Assembly (NCBI GenBank): GCA_964347045.1
Contig: CAYFXC010000002.1
Location: 116,285 to 180,284, forward strand
Reading direction: 5' to 3'
Origin: an uncultured archaeon
Lineage (GTDB): Archaea > Asgardarchaeota > Hermodarchaeia > Hermodarchaeales > Hermodarchaeaceae
DNA: 64,000 bases
Both the position numbers and the translations under genes were made by a program. How positions within the stretch are numbered: position 1 is the stretch's first letter; each line of letters begins with the position of its first letter. Under the pieces are notes generated by a model that saw only the letters and a program-made list of their open reading frames with translations, was not told where the DNA came from and made no database searches. Shown in pieces: positions 8,008 to 18,015 of this stretch.

Positions 8008-9252
8008 TTAATTGTCTTCTTCTGATTGCTTTTCTTCTGAAGCAGATTTAGTTGGTTTTCCTTTACCGGCTGCTTTCACACGTTCTCGCCGAGATTCCTT
8101 TGCAGGAGCACGTTCACGTAGTTGGCGTTCTGCTTCCGCTAAAGGACCTGGGGGAATTGTTGCAGGCAATGTCGGTGCTTGCCCAGTCAATTCAGCAATT
8201 TCAACTGATTTTTCAGCCCAGAGAACTTGTGCAGGATGTACGCCTGCGACTCGCCAGTAGAAGAAGCGGTCCCAGAGCTTTTCCTCAATTGAAAGGACTC
8301 CAGCTGATAGAGAGACGAGGTTCAGTCCAAGTCGATTAAATGCTTTTGCAACAACTTTGCGGACCTGATCACGGATTTCGGCTTCATCTCGTAATGCGCT
8401 CATAAATTCGTGTTCGGAGAACTGATCTCGCATCACGTTATCGATTAGGGTTTTTAAATATTCAACGAGTTCCTGTGAGTTCATTGGGATGCGTTGCTCA
8501 TGGAGTGTTGTGATAAGTTCACGGGGATCATCTACAACAAAGGCGAAGAGAAGCCCATAGGGCTCTTGGAGTCGGATTGACCGTTGATAGATGGTTTTCT
8601 CCTCTTTACCCAATCCAGTTTTAACTGGAATATCAAATTCTTCTCGACGCCAAGATTTTCCTGTCCATGTAAGTCGAGCAAGATCCGATGTTTGAGTAAC
8701 ACCCGTATTAGCGTAAACGTGAACTCGACCGGTGTAAATATAGACGATATTGGCTTTGAAACCTTGACCACGCCATCCCGTTTTAATCAACGGAGAAGGA
8801 AAGGTTTCAATTGAATATGGGGTTTCGCTAGGCTCCCAGACTTCATACACTTTGAATTCCCGATTGCCATTGTTAAATTCTTCACCATATGCACAACAGA
8901 TCCAATCGGGAGGCACGTATATCTTCGCGTCTTTTTCTAAAATTTCGATTTGTTCCATATCCCGCTCAAGGTCAGGAGGATGATAGATAAATTGAGGTAG
9001 TCTAGCATCAGATTCCTGTATTTCAATCCCAGTGGGGAGTGTTCGTGTCATGGTTTTCCCGGTGGAAAACCCACCGAAAGCCGCAATCCGTGTTAGCCGA
9101 CGAAATGCGCGGATTGCTTGGGCACCCCGATCCTTGTGGGGGGCTTGTATCATTTGAGTCCAATAGGTTTGTCCGCCGACATCACCAATAGGTATGCTAA
9201 ATTGAGGTCCAATTTGTGGATCTGGTGCCATTAAACAAATTGCTTTTGCCAC
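8008..9252 (-). CDS. SPFH/Band-7-like domain protein
   Basis: FVVDDPRELI...LKTLIDNVMRDQFS...IRDQVRKVVAKAFNRLGLNLVSLS resembles the SPFH core. Charged tail. SD GGAGG before GTG. Confidence 0.7.
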   Translation of the reverse strand: MAKAICLMAPDPQIGPQFSIPIGDVGGQTYWTQMIQAPHKDRGAQAIRAFRRLTRIAAFGGFSTGKTMTRTLPTGIEIQESDARLPQFIYHPPDLERDMEQIEILEKDAKIYVPPDWICCAYGEEFNNGNREFKVYEVWEPSETPYSIETFPSPLIKTGWRGQGFKANIVYIYTGRVHVYANTGVTQTSDLARLTWTGKSWRREEFDIPVKTGLGKEEKTIYQRSIRLQEPYGLLFAFVVDDPRELITTLHEQRIPMNSQELVEYLKTLIDNVMRDQFSEHEFMSALRDEAEIRDQVRKVVAKAFNRLGLNLVSLSAGVLSIEEKLWDRFFYWRVAGVHPAQVLWAEKSVEIAELTGQAPTLPATIPPGPLAEAERQLRERAPAKESRRERVKAAGKGKPTKSASEEKQSEEDN

Positions 9253-9314
9253 GATGAAAGCCTCCTTCTCATATTTGCGAATACTTCTAACTTCAAATAA
9301 CTATTGGTGAGTGG

Positions 9315-10172
9315 TTAAAATCCAGAGATTTCGTACCGGTCACCAAGTCGTTCTCTTTTTTTATCTTCTTTGCTACGCCATTCCTCTATGAATTGTTGTA
9401 TTTTTTGTTGTAGTGTACTATTTGGTGATTGGGCTATCCAGTCAAGAGAGATATGGACATGATCACCTCGAAGGACAATGGTTCGGGCTACGGCATCATA
9501 GTAGCCTCCTTGCCCTTTCTTGCTAAGGTATGCTATGAAATTAGTAAATTCTGTTTGAGCTTTTTTGCTATAACTTTGAAGCATGCTTTCAGGAACAACC
9601 AACATTTGGGTGTTAATCCGTTTCCCAACAAGCTGGTAGATGGCGGTTTCCGTCGTTGCTTCATGTTTAACCCCACTTTCAAGTAATGTGAAGAAGTCGA
9701 TTGGCCCAGAGAAACAGTTTTTAAAAAAGTCATGGCTAGTGCGTTGAAAATCTAATAGTTCCCCAGTGGCTTTGATGTAGACGACTTCGTTTACGCCATC
9801 AGAACGTTCAATAGCTAGATTCATGTGTTTTTTCCATTTAGTATAGCTTTCAGGATGTTCTTGAAGTTCTGGAAGAAAGACTAGGGGGATATTGAAGAAC
9901 ACCTTGCTATGTTTGAGTGCTTTTTCTAATTCTCCACTATATGGTTCTGGGGGTGGTAGACCTTCGATTTCAGCGACAAAAGAAGCCCGGAAGCTTGTGA
10001 GTATGAAATGTCCATCTTGTCCTTTCACCATTATTGGTTGGGTACCAGCGCGCACACCTTTCGCTATCTTTGCTTTGGCTACTAAGAGTAGCGTTTCTCC
10101 AGCTTTTGGAAGAATACTTTTTACAAGGGTTAATTTTTCAGATGGTTCTAGTTCCCAGGTCAACACGATCAA
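9315..10172 (-). CDS. Hypothetical protein: N-terminal PH/GRAM-like domain plus C-terminal SUI1/eIF1-like segment
   Basis: GETLLL...GHFILTSFRASF...IPL is PH/GRAM-like. LSKKGQGGYY...TIVLRGDH resembles the SUI1 pattern LKKK..GG....IELQGDH. Confidence 0.5.
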   Translation of the reverse strand: MIVLTWELEPSEKLTLVKSILPKAGETLLLVAKAKIAKGVRAGTQPIMVKGQDGHFILTSFRASFVAEIEGLPPPEPYSGELEKALKHSKVFFNIPLVFLPELQEHPESYTKWKKHMNLAIERSDGVNEVVYIKATGELLDFQRTSHDFFKNCFSGPIDFFTLLESGVKHEATTETAIYQLVGKRINTQMLVVPESMLQSYSKKAQTEFTNFIAYLSKKGQGGYYDAVARTIVLRGDHVHISLDWIAQSPNSTLQQKIQQFIEEWRSKEDKKRERLGDRYEISGF

Positions 10173-10213
10173 CCTTCATTTCTTTTATTGTAGAGGTCTT
10201 GATTATTTGATTA

Positions 10214-12361
10214 TTACCCAAGGAATTGGGTAGCGAATAGTGTGAACTTTTCCATGATTTCTTGTGTTATGCTTGGCTGGGTGGAAGTAATGGCTTCTTG
10301 GAAGTGTGACATATTAACAAGTGAGGCTTCGAGGTTTTTACGCAAAACTGCCAAGACTGCTTTACGGCAAACGTTTTGAATATCTGCGCCTGAGAACCCT
10401 TCGGTTACCAAAGCTAATTGATCTATTTCTACATCATCGGCTAAAGGCATATTCCGAGTGTGCACGGAGAAAATGGCTTGACGAGTTGCCAAATTGGGAG
10501 GGGGGGTAAAAATGAATATATCAAATCGTCCAGGTCGTAATAGAGCTGTATCAATCATGTCAGGGCGATTTGTCGCGGCTAAAACTACGACGCCTTCAAG
10601 TTCTTCCATTCCGTCCATTTCAACCAGCAATTGATTAACGATACGTTCACTAACTCGACTATCATATCCAGATCCACGGCGTGGAGCGATGTTATCAAGT
10701 TCATCAATAAATAGGATAGATGGTGCCGCCTGACGTGCGCGTCTAAAAATTTCAGCGATGATTTTTTCTGATTCACCCACCCATTTACTCATTACCTCTG
10801 CACCGCGGATACTGATGAAATTTGCCTGACTTTCAGTAGCTACTGCTTTTGCAAGAAGGGTTTTTCCAGTTCCAGGAGGACCAAAGAGAAGAACGCCTTT
10901 TGGAGGATTGATATTGAAACGGGAAAAAACATCGGGTCGACTAATTGGTAATTCGACAGCTTCACGTAACGCCTGTTTTGCCTCTTCCATGCCTCCAACA
11001 TCATCCCATCGAACCATAGGAACATCAATAGCAATTTCCCGAAGGGCCGATGGTTCGATAACTTGACGTGCAGATTTGAAATCGTTGGATGAAACAACAA
11101 TCTGGTTTATCACATCTGGAGGGACCTGCATTTGCTGTTCCTCGATTTTTGGTAGCATTCGCCGAAGCGCACCCAATGCAGCTTCCTTAACTAAAAAGGC
11201 TAAATCTGAACCCACAAACCCATAGGTGCCTTGAGCGATTTGCTCTAAATCCACGGATTCGTCAAGAGGCACTCCGCGTGTATGGACTCGAAGAATATCG
11301 TACCGCCCACGAGTATCAGGAACTGTAATGTGGATCTCACGGTCAAACCGGCCTGGTCGTCGAAGTGCGGGATCAACAGCTTCTAACCGATTAGTGGCCG
11401 CGAGTACAAAAACTTGATCTCGATCTTGAAGCCCATCCATAAGAGTCAAAAGTTGTGCAACAATACGACTTTCCATACCTCCCGATTCTCGTCTAGCAGC
11501 AATAGCATCAATTTCATCGATAAAAATAATTGCAGGCTTGTTCTTTTCGGCTTCCTGAAAGGCGTCTCTTAGAAATTTTTCGGATTCCCCGTAGTATTGA
11601 CTAACGATTTCTGGACCGTTTATAGCACGAAAGAAAGCTTCACTTTCTGTTGCAACAGTTTTTGCCAAAAGAGTTTTACCACAACCTGGAGGTCCATGGA
11701 GAAGAATACCACGGGGAGGTTGAATTTTTAATCGCGCAAATAACTCAGGGTGACGAATCGGAAGTTCGACAATCTCTCGTATTCGTGATATTGCGTCATC
11801 CAGTCCTCCTATATCATCGTAAGTTGTCGTAGCTATAATCTGCATTTCCTCAGGAGCCTCCTTTCGGAGCTGAATGTCGGTATTTAAATTTACGAGTACA
11901 TTACCAAGAGGGACCGTCTTCGCCACATAGAACTTGGCTTCACTTAGAGCAAACGCCGCTCTGCCAATTGCAATAATAGTATCCTTTTTGATAGGTTTGT
12001 CAAGAAGATTCGATTTTAACAAGGAAGTGGCTAACTCTTGCCGATATTCAATTTCTTCACCCTTGAGTGGGGTTAAAATTACACTCTGGGCAGGTTGTGC
12101 TTCGATGCCATGTAGCGTCACTACATCACCGATATGAACCCCTGCGTTTAGACGGGTTAGACCATCCATTTTAATGACATTCTGATCTTGAATACTAGGG
12201 TCACGAACCGCGAGGGCACATACGCTTTTCTTGCCTACAATCTCAACTAGCGAACCATCCGTGAGTTGTAACTGCGCTAACACGGCGGGGTCAATTCGTA
12301 CTGTGAATCGACCCACGTCTACGGCACTCGCTTCTACCACACGTACCGATACTACACTCAT
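10214..12361 (-). CDS. cdc48: CDC48/VCP family AAA+ ATPase
   Basis: N-domain plus two AAA modules: GPPGCGKT/IFIDEID and GPPGTGKT/LFIDELD, with RPGRFD fingers. Confidence 0.95.
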   Translation of the reverse strand: MSVVSVRVVEASAVDVGRFTVRIDPAVLAQLQLTDGSLVEIVGKKSVCALAVRDPSIQDQNVIKMDGLTRLNAGVHIGDVVTLHGIEAQPAQSVILTPLKGEEIEYRQELATSLLKSNLLDKPIKKDTIIAIGRAAFALSEAKFYVAKTVPLGNVLVNLNTDIQLRKEAPEEMQIIATTTYDDIGGLDDAISRIREIVELPIRHPELFARLKIQPPRGILLHGPPGCGKTLLAKTVATESEAFFRAINGPEIVSQYYGESEKFLRDAFQEAEKNKPAIIFIDEIDAIAARRESGGMESRIVAQLLTLMDGLQDRDQVFVLAATNRLEAVDPALRRPGRFDREIHITVPDTRGRYDILRVHTRGVPLDESVDLEQIAQGTYGFVGSDLAFLVKEAALGALRRMLPKIEEQQMQVPPDVINQIVVSSNDFKSARQVIEPSALREIAIDVPMVRWDDVGGMEEAKQALREAVELPISRPDVFSRFNINPPKGVLLFGPPGTGKTLLAKAVATESQANFISIRGAEVMSKWVGESEKIIAEIFRRARQAAPSILFIDELDNIAPRRGSGYDSRVSERIVNQLLVEMDGMEELEGVVVLAATNRPDMIDTALLRPGRFDIFIFTPPPNLATRQAIFSVHTRNMPLADDVEIDQLALVTEGFSGADIQNVCRKAVLAVLRKNLEASLVNMSHFQEAITSTQPSITQEIMEKFTLFATQFLG

Positions 12362-12468
12362 TTTAACCACACCTCACTTGTGTTTGGGATGCATGAGTTA
12401 TTGGTATTACCCACGCGAGTAGCATATTTAACTCCGGCGCCTGATAGAAGAATATGGGTCGTAAAATT

Positions 12469-13344
12469 ATGTCCACCCCAAAGCCATCTGCAATTCTTTT
12501 TCATACTGGTCACAATGAAGAACTTGCCCTCGACGAACCTGAACTCACTCATTTAGTGAAATTACTTGAAGCAAATGGAATGGCACCGCATTCTTCGAAT
12601 ATCCCGATATCAGGTGAGGAACTTTCAAAATTTCGAGTAGTAGTGCTAGGTAATCCCTTGGATATGAAATTCGATTCTCACGAAATAACCTCATTAGTTT
12701 CCTTCGTTGAAGCGGGCGGTGGCCTACTATTACTAAGTGGTGCTACAATATTTGGAAAAGGAGGGGATGCGGCGCGAAAAACGAACCTTAATGAAATCGC
12801 AAAACATTTCCAATTTAAATTTTCTACAAAGGCAATTGAACGTCCTAAAGATTCCCCAGATGAAATGATTACAGCAGTTCCGGCTAAAGACCATCCATCC
12901 AATGAAGGAATTCATAATCTGCAATTTACATCAGGAGTTAGTCTACTCGCAGAGGATGCAGGAATCCATCTTTTCCGAGTTTCTAATATTGCAGGTAATC
13001 CCACAATAGCTATAGCTACTGATGTAAAGAAGGGACGGGTTATCGCTTTTGGGGGAGGAACTTTCTTTTTCAATGACTATATTGGCATAGGTGACCATGA
13101 ACAACTCATTGTTCAACTATTCCGATGGCTTTCAGATGAACCTTTGAACCTCCCTTTTACGAAAATCTCAATCCCACCCCTAATCCATGATGAAGCATCC
13201 GCCAATGAAGCAATTGTCGAACTTCGACAACAGCTTGATAGGATAGAGGAAGAACTTGCCAGCCTTAAAGAAATTATTAGCTCAAGTGTCAAAGAAATGG
13301 AAAAACTAATGCGAAAAATCCAAAATGACGCTAAGGAGACCTAG
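12469..13344 (+). CDS. GIFT (GldG/IFT52-like) domain protein with C-terminal coiled coil
   Basis: LFHTGHNE...VVVLGNP..KF...EI..L..FVEAGGGLLL...NLNEIAKHF...GRVIAFG...LFRWL, then heptad-rich tail. Confidence 0.7.
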   Translation: MSTPKPSAILFHTGHNEELALDEPELTHLVKLLEANGMAPHSSNIPISGEELSKFRVVVLGNPLDMKFDSHEITSLVSFVEAGGGLLLLSGATIFGKGGDAARKTNLNEIAKHFQFKFSTKAIERPKDSPDEMITAVPAKDHPSNEGIHNLQFTSGVSLLAEDAGIHLFRVSNIAGNPTIAIATDVKKGRVIAFGGGTFFFNDYIGIGDHEQLIVQLFRWLSDEPLNLPFTKISIPPLIHDEASANEAIVELRQQLDRIEEELASLKEIISSSVKEMEKLMRKIQNDAKET

Positions 13345-14003
13345 TTTGTATAGGTCACCAATTGTTCGATAGTGATTCGACGTTCTAATTGTGCGGCTCC
13401 ATAGTTTTGGAGAGAAAAGTAATCTAGCATCACCTGAAAAACTGGTTGTTGGAGTATTTGAGCGAGTTCTTTTATAGACTTTTTTCCATCAATAGCCTCT
13501 AGGAGAGAATGTAATTTCACTGGAACCTGGCTTTTAGGAACTGTATGTACGCGGATTGGGGTGTAGTCTTCAGAAACAGCAAATGGACGAAAGAGCAATT
13601 CGATTTGTGGAGCAATTTCTCGAAAGGGACTTAAATCACCAAGCCAGTTTTCTAACATTTCGCCATGTTCTCGTTCCATGATGTTAATGAGGGCACGCAT
13701 GCGTTCACGAATGGCCACTAAGTCATCTGTAGAGAATACGGCGACGTAGATATTCTGCCCGTATTCTAAGAGAATTTTGACGTCCTCACGGTCAATGATG
13801 CGTAATCGACCATCCTCTCGTTCAAGGGCTCGTAATTTTTGACCAACCTCTGAGATTCGACCAACAAGATCAGAAAGAAACATGCTCACAGCAGAAAGGA
13901 AGCCAGTAACAAGATCAGGTTCCATGTTCTCGATTTGGAAATCTTTTTGGAGGAGGGTTCGACCATCACGATATACGACGTAAAGACTATACAATTGAGC
14001 CAT
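13341..14003 (-). CDS. Longin-like domain plus C-terminal wHTH (NPRL2-like architecture)
   Basis: LYVV..DGRTL...PDLVTGFLSAV...LENWLGDLSPF (Asgard longin-like). IDGKKSIKELA...LQNYGAAQL. Confidence 0.7.
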   Translation of the reverse strand: MAQLYSLYVVYRDGRTLLQKDFQIENMEPDLVTGFLSAVSMFLSDLVGRISEVGQKLRALEREDGRLRIIDREDVKILLEYGQNIYVAVFSTDDLVAIRERMRALINIMEREHGEMLENWLGDLSPFREIAPQIELLFRPFAVSEDYTPIRVHTVPKSQVPVKLHSLLEAIDGKKSIKELAQILQQPVFQVMLDYFSLQNYGAAQLERRITIEQLVTYTN

Positions 14004-14065
14004 TCGAACTCAACCTTTGGTAATACTTCACTCATGACACCAATAGAGAAAAGCTTTGCGAGACA

Positions 14066-16654
14066 TCATCTAACTCGTTGTGCAATTCGATGGATTTCGC
14101 TAATGATTTCTGTAGGAGAGGTTAATTCATCGCCGAGATACGTTCGACCCCGAGTGATGTACGCCATATAGAATGCCAAAAAAGGTATGAGTTTGTCATC
14201 TTTAATTCCGACTTCGATGTAATTGGGAATGTTCAATTCATGAGCTCGCTTTCGAGTCCATTCTAAGATGACGTCATGATGTTGTTTTTGTTTAATTGGA
14301 AAGAATTCGTGGTGTAGGTTAATTGTCACTAAGGGTATGCGATCATTGCTGAGAAGGTGACATTGATGCAAAACATCGGCGATGGCTTCTGGTAATCCGA
14401 GATCAGGCGTATTTGATTTACTCAACTGGATATTAGGGAGAAAATCGCTAAATACCACGATGATCGGAAGGGTGCCGGGATTTCGTCGACGTTCGCGTTT
14501 GATAGTTTCGTGGGCACGTTTCAATCCAGCCGCGAGGGGTGTATAGCCAGAGAGTCGGAGGGTCATGAGCTTTGAAACCAAACGGGTCCAATTTGTAGTT
14601 GGAGCTTGTACTTCCATGGCGCCCCAGTCTTTAAGTGCGATGAGCCCTACGCGATCTCTTGTGCCTTCCAGACAGCTTTTAAACGCAATTAATGAGAGTT
14701 GAAGTTTGTCGAAACTTTTGAGCATTGAAACACTCAAATCGACTACAAAGATAACCGTGAGGGGTGTCCGACTTTGAAAGCGTTTCTCTCGAACGTCGGG
14801 TGGCTGAATACGTACGCGAGGAATTTGTGGTCTTTCTGGATTGGTGTGGAGTGCAGCGGCTTTGATGGTGGCGGGAATATGAATGTTTCGTGGAGATCCT
14901 TGTGGAAGCCCTGATCCGAGAAGCACTCCACCCTCGGTTTCTCGAGAATGGATTGATCCTGCTCGTCGTCCGACTTGGCGGATTGACCATTTAGGAGCTC
15001 TTTGACGTCCAAAATATCGGGGTTCGAGAAAGTCCTTAAAATCAAATAGTGGTTTTCCTTCATCCATTCGAATCAATGAAGAAGACGATACTGGTTTGCT
15101 AGAAACAGAGGGAGGTGAGGAGCTTTGAGATTTTTGAGGTGGTGCAGTACTTGTAATGGGTGGTGCTGTGGATTCCCCCTGATGTTTGGCACGGCGATAT
15201 TTTCCCTTATAGTCGGGTGGTCGATCTCCTTGTGACAGCGCTGGCATGACTGAGCCGGGTCGCCTTTGAAGGCGAAATAATCGTTCGAGGAAAACGACTA
15301 GACCTGCTGAAATTAATCCGCCAACAACGAAATTGATAGGAGGAGGGAGCGGTAAAAGAAGGCCGATTGCTCCAGCGACTACCATGAAGAAACATACAAA
15401 ACCTGTGTAGGAACAGCGTCCACCCGTGCTTCTCCTAGGCGGTGTTCCAAAAAACTGTTCACCATCTTGATTGCTATCCAACGGATGATACTGTTTGAAT
15501 TTGTTAGTGAGTTTCTGATGCTCATCTTTTGTGTACGGATCTTTGTCCTTGGACTGAGGTGTCTGTGTTTTAGCTTTTTTTCTTGCCTCTTTCATAACGT
15601 CATGAATTTCGTTACCCGTAGGAGGTTCTAAAATTCCACGTTGTCGAGTTCGATGGCTAAGAGCAAGCGGGGCGACAGTTTCAATATCATCCGCAGTGAC
15701 TGTTGTTCGTCCATCAAAAGCAGCAAATGCCATTGCCGTTTTTGCTATCACAATATCAGGGCGAGCGCCATCTACTTGGAGTTCAGTAGTCAAATGGGCG
15801 ATGACTTGCATAATGTCTTCAGATATCATTACGGTTTTCATTCGTTCACGGGCAGCTGTAATTTCATCTCGGAGTTTGTCTTCTTTAGGAGCCCATTTCT
15901 TTTGGAGAGCTCTAGGATCTCGTTCAAAGTCTATGTTTATCTGGATAATTTCGACTCGCTCTTCTTGTGAGAAAGGACGCTGGATTGCGACATGAAGCGG
16001 AAACCGATCAAGTAGTTGGGGGCGGAGTTCCCCTTCTTCAGGATTCATTGATCCGACGAAAATAAATCGAGCGGGATGGCTCACAGATATTCCTTCTCTT
16101 TCCACGACATTAATTCCTGTTGCGGCTGCATCAAGAAGCGAATCAACAATATGATCAGGAAGAAGATTGACTTCATCAACGTAAAGGATGTTTTGATTGG
16201 CATCGGCAAGAATCCCAGGCTTTAAGGCAGCTTCTCCTTCACGAATGGCTCGTTCAACATCTAAACTGCCAACGACACGATCTTCGGTAGCACTCAGGGG
16301 GAGGTTGACTACGCGCATCTTTTGCATTTTGGTGTTTAATTTCTTAGTCTTTTCAAATTTTGCTGTACAAGCCGTGCAGAGTTCAGTGGCATTATCGGGA
16401 TCACAACGAAACTTACAGCCTTTTACTACAGGGATTTCTGGTAAGAGCGCTGCGAGCGAACGAACAACCGTTGTTTTCCCTGTACCTTTCGGACCCGTGA
16501 TTAAGAGTCCTCCAATGCTGGGATTAATGGCATTGAGAAGTAGGGCAAGTTTCAACTCGTCATGATTAACTAAAGCTGTGAAAGGAAGAACATTGCGAGT
16601 GCCGATGTTCACTTCCGGTGCCAATCCACGAACCTCTACAATTCCTGCGCCCAT
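14066..16654 (-). CDS. Mg-chelatase ChlI/ChlD-like AAA+ ATPase fused to vWA domain, with two TM helices in the linker
   Basis: [57 protein letters not shown]...TPLA...SD. Hydrophobic hairpin near aa 415-460. Confidence 0.88.
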   Translation of the reverse strand: MGAGIVEVRGLAPEVNIGTRNVLPFTALVNHDELKLALLLNAINPSIGGLLITGPKGTGKTTVVRSLAALLPEIPVVKGCKFRCDPDNATELCTACTAKFEKTKKLNTKMQKMRVVNLPLSATEDRVVGSLDVERAIREGEAALKPGILADANQNILYVDEVNLLPDHIVDSLLDAAATGINVVEREGISVSHPARFIFVGSMNPEEGELRPQLLDRFPLHVAIQRPFSQEERVEIIQINIDFERDPRALQKKWAPKEDKLRDEITAARERMKTVMISEDIMQVIAHLTTELQVDGARPDIVIAKTAMAFAAFDGRTTVTADDIETVAPLALSHRTRQRGILEPPTGNEIHDVMKEARKKAKTQTPQSKDKDPYTKDEHQKLTNKFKQYHPLDSNQDGEQFFGTPPRRSTGGRCSYTGFVCFFMVVAGAIGLLLPLPPPINFVVGGLISAGLVVFLERLFRLQRRPGSVMPALSQGDRPPDYKGKYRRAKHQGESTAPPITSTAPPQKSQSSSPPSVSSKPVSSSSLIRMDEGKPLFDFKDFLEPRYFGRQRAPKWSIRQVGRRAGSIHSRETEGGVLLGSGLPQGSPRNIHIPATIKAAALHTNPERPQIPRVRIQPPDVREKRFQSRTPLTVIFVVDLSVSMLKSFDKLQLSLIAFKSCLEGTRDRVGLIALKDWGAMEVQAPTTNWTRLVSKLMTLRLSGYTPLAAGLKRAHETIKRERRRNPGTLPIIVVFSDFLPNIQLSKSNTPDLGLPEAIADVLHQCHLLSNDRIPLVTINLHHEFFPIKQKQHHDVILEWTRKRAHELNIPNYIEVGIKDDKLIPFLAFYMAYITRGRTYLGDELTSPTEIISEIHRIAQRVR

Positions 16655-16775
16655 TCCTCTTATGAAATTTTCCGAAGATGCACCATATATGATCCAAATT
16701 AGTTGCTCTTGAGATTAAATGGCTAGGTAAAAGCTTTAGCCTGTGAGACTTTACCTTGTAGCTATGATAGGTCAG

Positions 16776-17285
16776 ATGCCAACGGATTTTCGAAGTGGGC
16801 TAATAGAAGCCTATGAAGCCGCACGCAATCATCTTCGCTACATCGTTTCGGATTTAACACCAAAACAGGCTGCTAGAGAGCCTACTCCTGAATCACGTAC
16901 AATTCTTTATTATTTGACTCACATTGCGAATTCTGAGCTCTATTGGTTATCTGCATCAGGGCGAAAGGTCGTTGTATACGCAAAGACGGTCCCCCTTGAT
17001 ATTGCATTAGACTTGTTAGAAGATGTCCGGAAACGAATGATACGTGAACTTAAAGACTGCCCACCAGAAGAACTTGTATTTCAACCACCAACGAAGAAAT
17101 CAAAACCAAGTCTGGGTTGGGTTATATCTCGAATCACCCTACACACACTTTATCATAGCGGCGAAATCATTTACGCTCGCTACGCTGTTGGAGGATCTGA
17201 TTTACCAAATGATCAACTTGAAGAATATTGGGGGCGTATGATGGATGCCATCGCCCACCTAATTTTTTTGCAGAGCAATACATGA
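16776..17285 (+). CDS. DinB/DUF664 family four-helix protein
   Basis: YLTHIANSELYW and HTLYHSGEI His triad. Confidence 0.8.
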   Translation: MPTDFRSGLIEAYEAARNHLRYIVSDLTPKQAAREPTPESRTILYYLTHIANSELYWLSASGRKVVVYAKTVPLDIALDLLEDVRKRMIRELKDCPPEELVFQPPTKKSKPSLGWVISRITLHTLYHSGEIIYARYAVGGSDLPNDQLEEYWGRMMDAIAHLIFLQSNT

Positions 17286-17324
17286 GTTTACTTTCTTTAT
17301 CAAAAATCCATTGAGTTCTTATTT

Positions 17325-17858
17325 TCAAGCTGAAATCATTTCGATGAAAGCTTGTTCAAAAATCGAGTAGGAAGCAGGATCAAAGAGACAAAAGATTATT
17401 CTGCGAAGTGATGTTCGTGAATCACGAATGAAGTCTAGTGTGGTGGAAAGAATGATTTTTGCTGCTCGTTCTTTGGGAAATCCAAAGATGCCTGTACTGA
17501 TGGCTGGCAATGCTATGCTGCGTAAATGTTTACTATCAGCGAGTTTTAACGTATTTTGAACTACACTAGCGAGTTTCTCATCTTCTTCACCTTCACCCCA
17601 TTGAGGTCCCACTGCATGAATGACATAACGTGCTTTGAGATTTCCCCCAGATGTAAGAACAGCCGTTCCAACCGGTGTTCCCCCAATATCATTACACTCT
17701 CGTTGGATTGAAGGCCCTCCGCGGCGGCGAATTGCTCCAGCAACCCCACCTCCCATTTGGAGTGATTCGTTGGCAGCATTAACGATTGCATCTGTAGCTA
17801 GGTCTGTAATATCGCCTTGGACGAGTTCGATAGTGACGTTATTAATAACCCGCCGCAT
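17325..17858 (-). CDS. Macro domain (ADP-ribose binding/hydrolase, YmdB-like)
   Basis: GDIT..DAIVNAAN..GGGVAGAI, VIHAVGP, PAISTGIFGFP. Confidence 0.95.
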   Translation of the reverse strand: MRRVINNVTIELVQGDITDLATDAIVNAANESLQMGGGVAGAIRRRGGPSIQRECNDIGGTPVGTAVLTSGGNLKARYVIHAVGPQWGEGEEDEKLASVVQNTLKLADSKHLRSIALPAISTGIFGFPKERAAKIILSTTLDFIRDSRTSLRRIIFCLFDPASYSIFEQAFIEMISA

Positions 17859-18015
17859 GCTCCATCACCCATTCGATCATCCACTATCAGCAAAGGGTCT
17901 AACATCTCAGCTTAAAGGTTTCCCCTCCTAACCTTTCCCAACAGAAACCTTGAAAGTTCTTGTTTGTTATATTTGTTTTTCCTTCTCCATAGCAGAATAG
18001 CCTAGAGAATCACAG

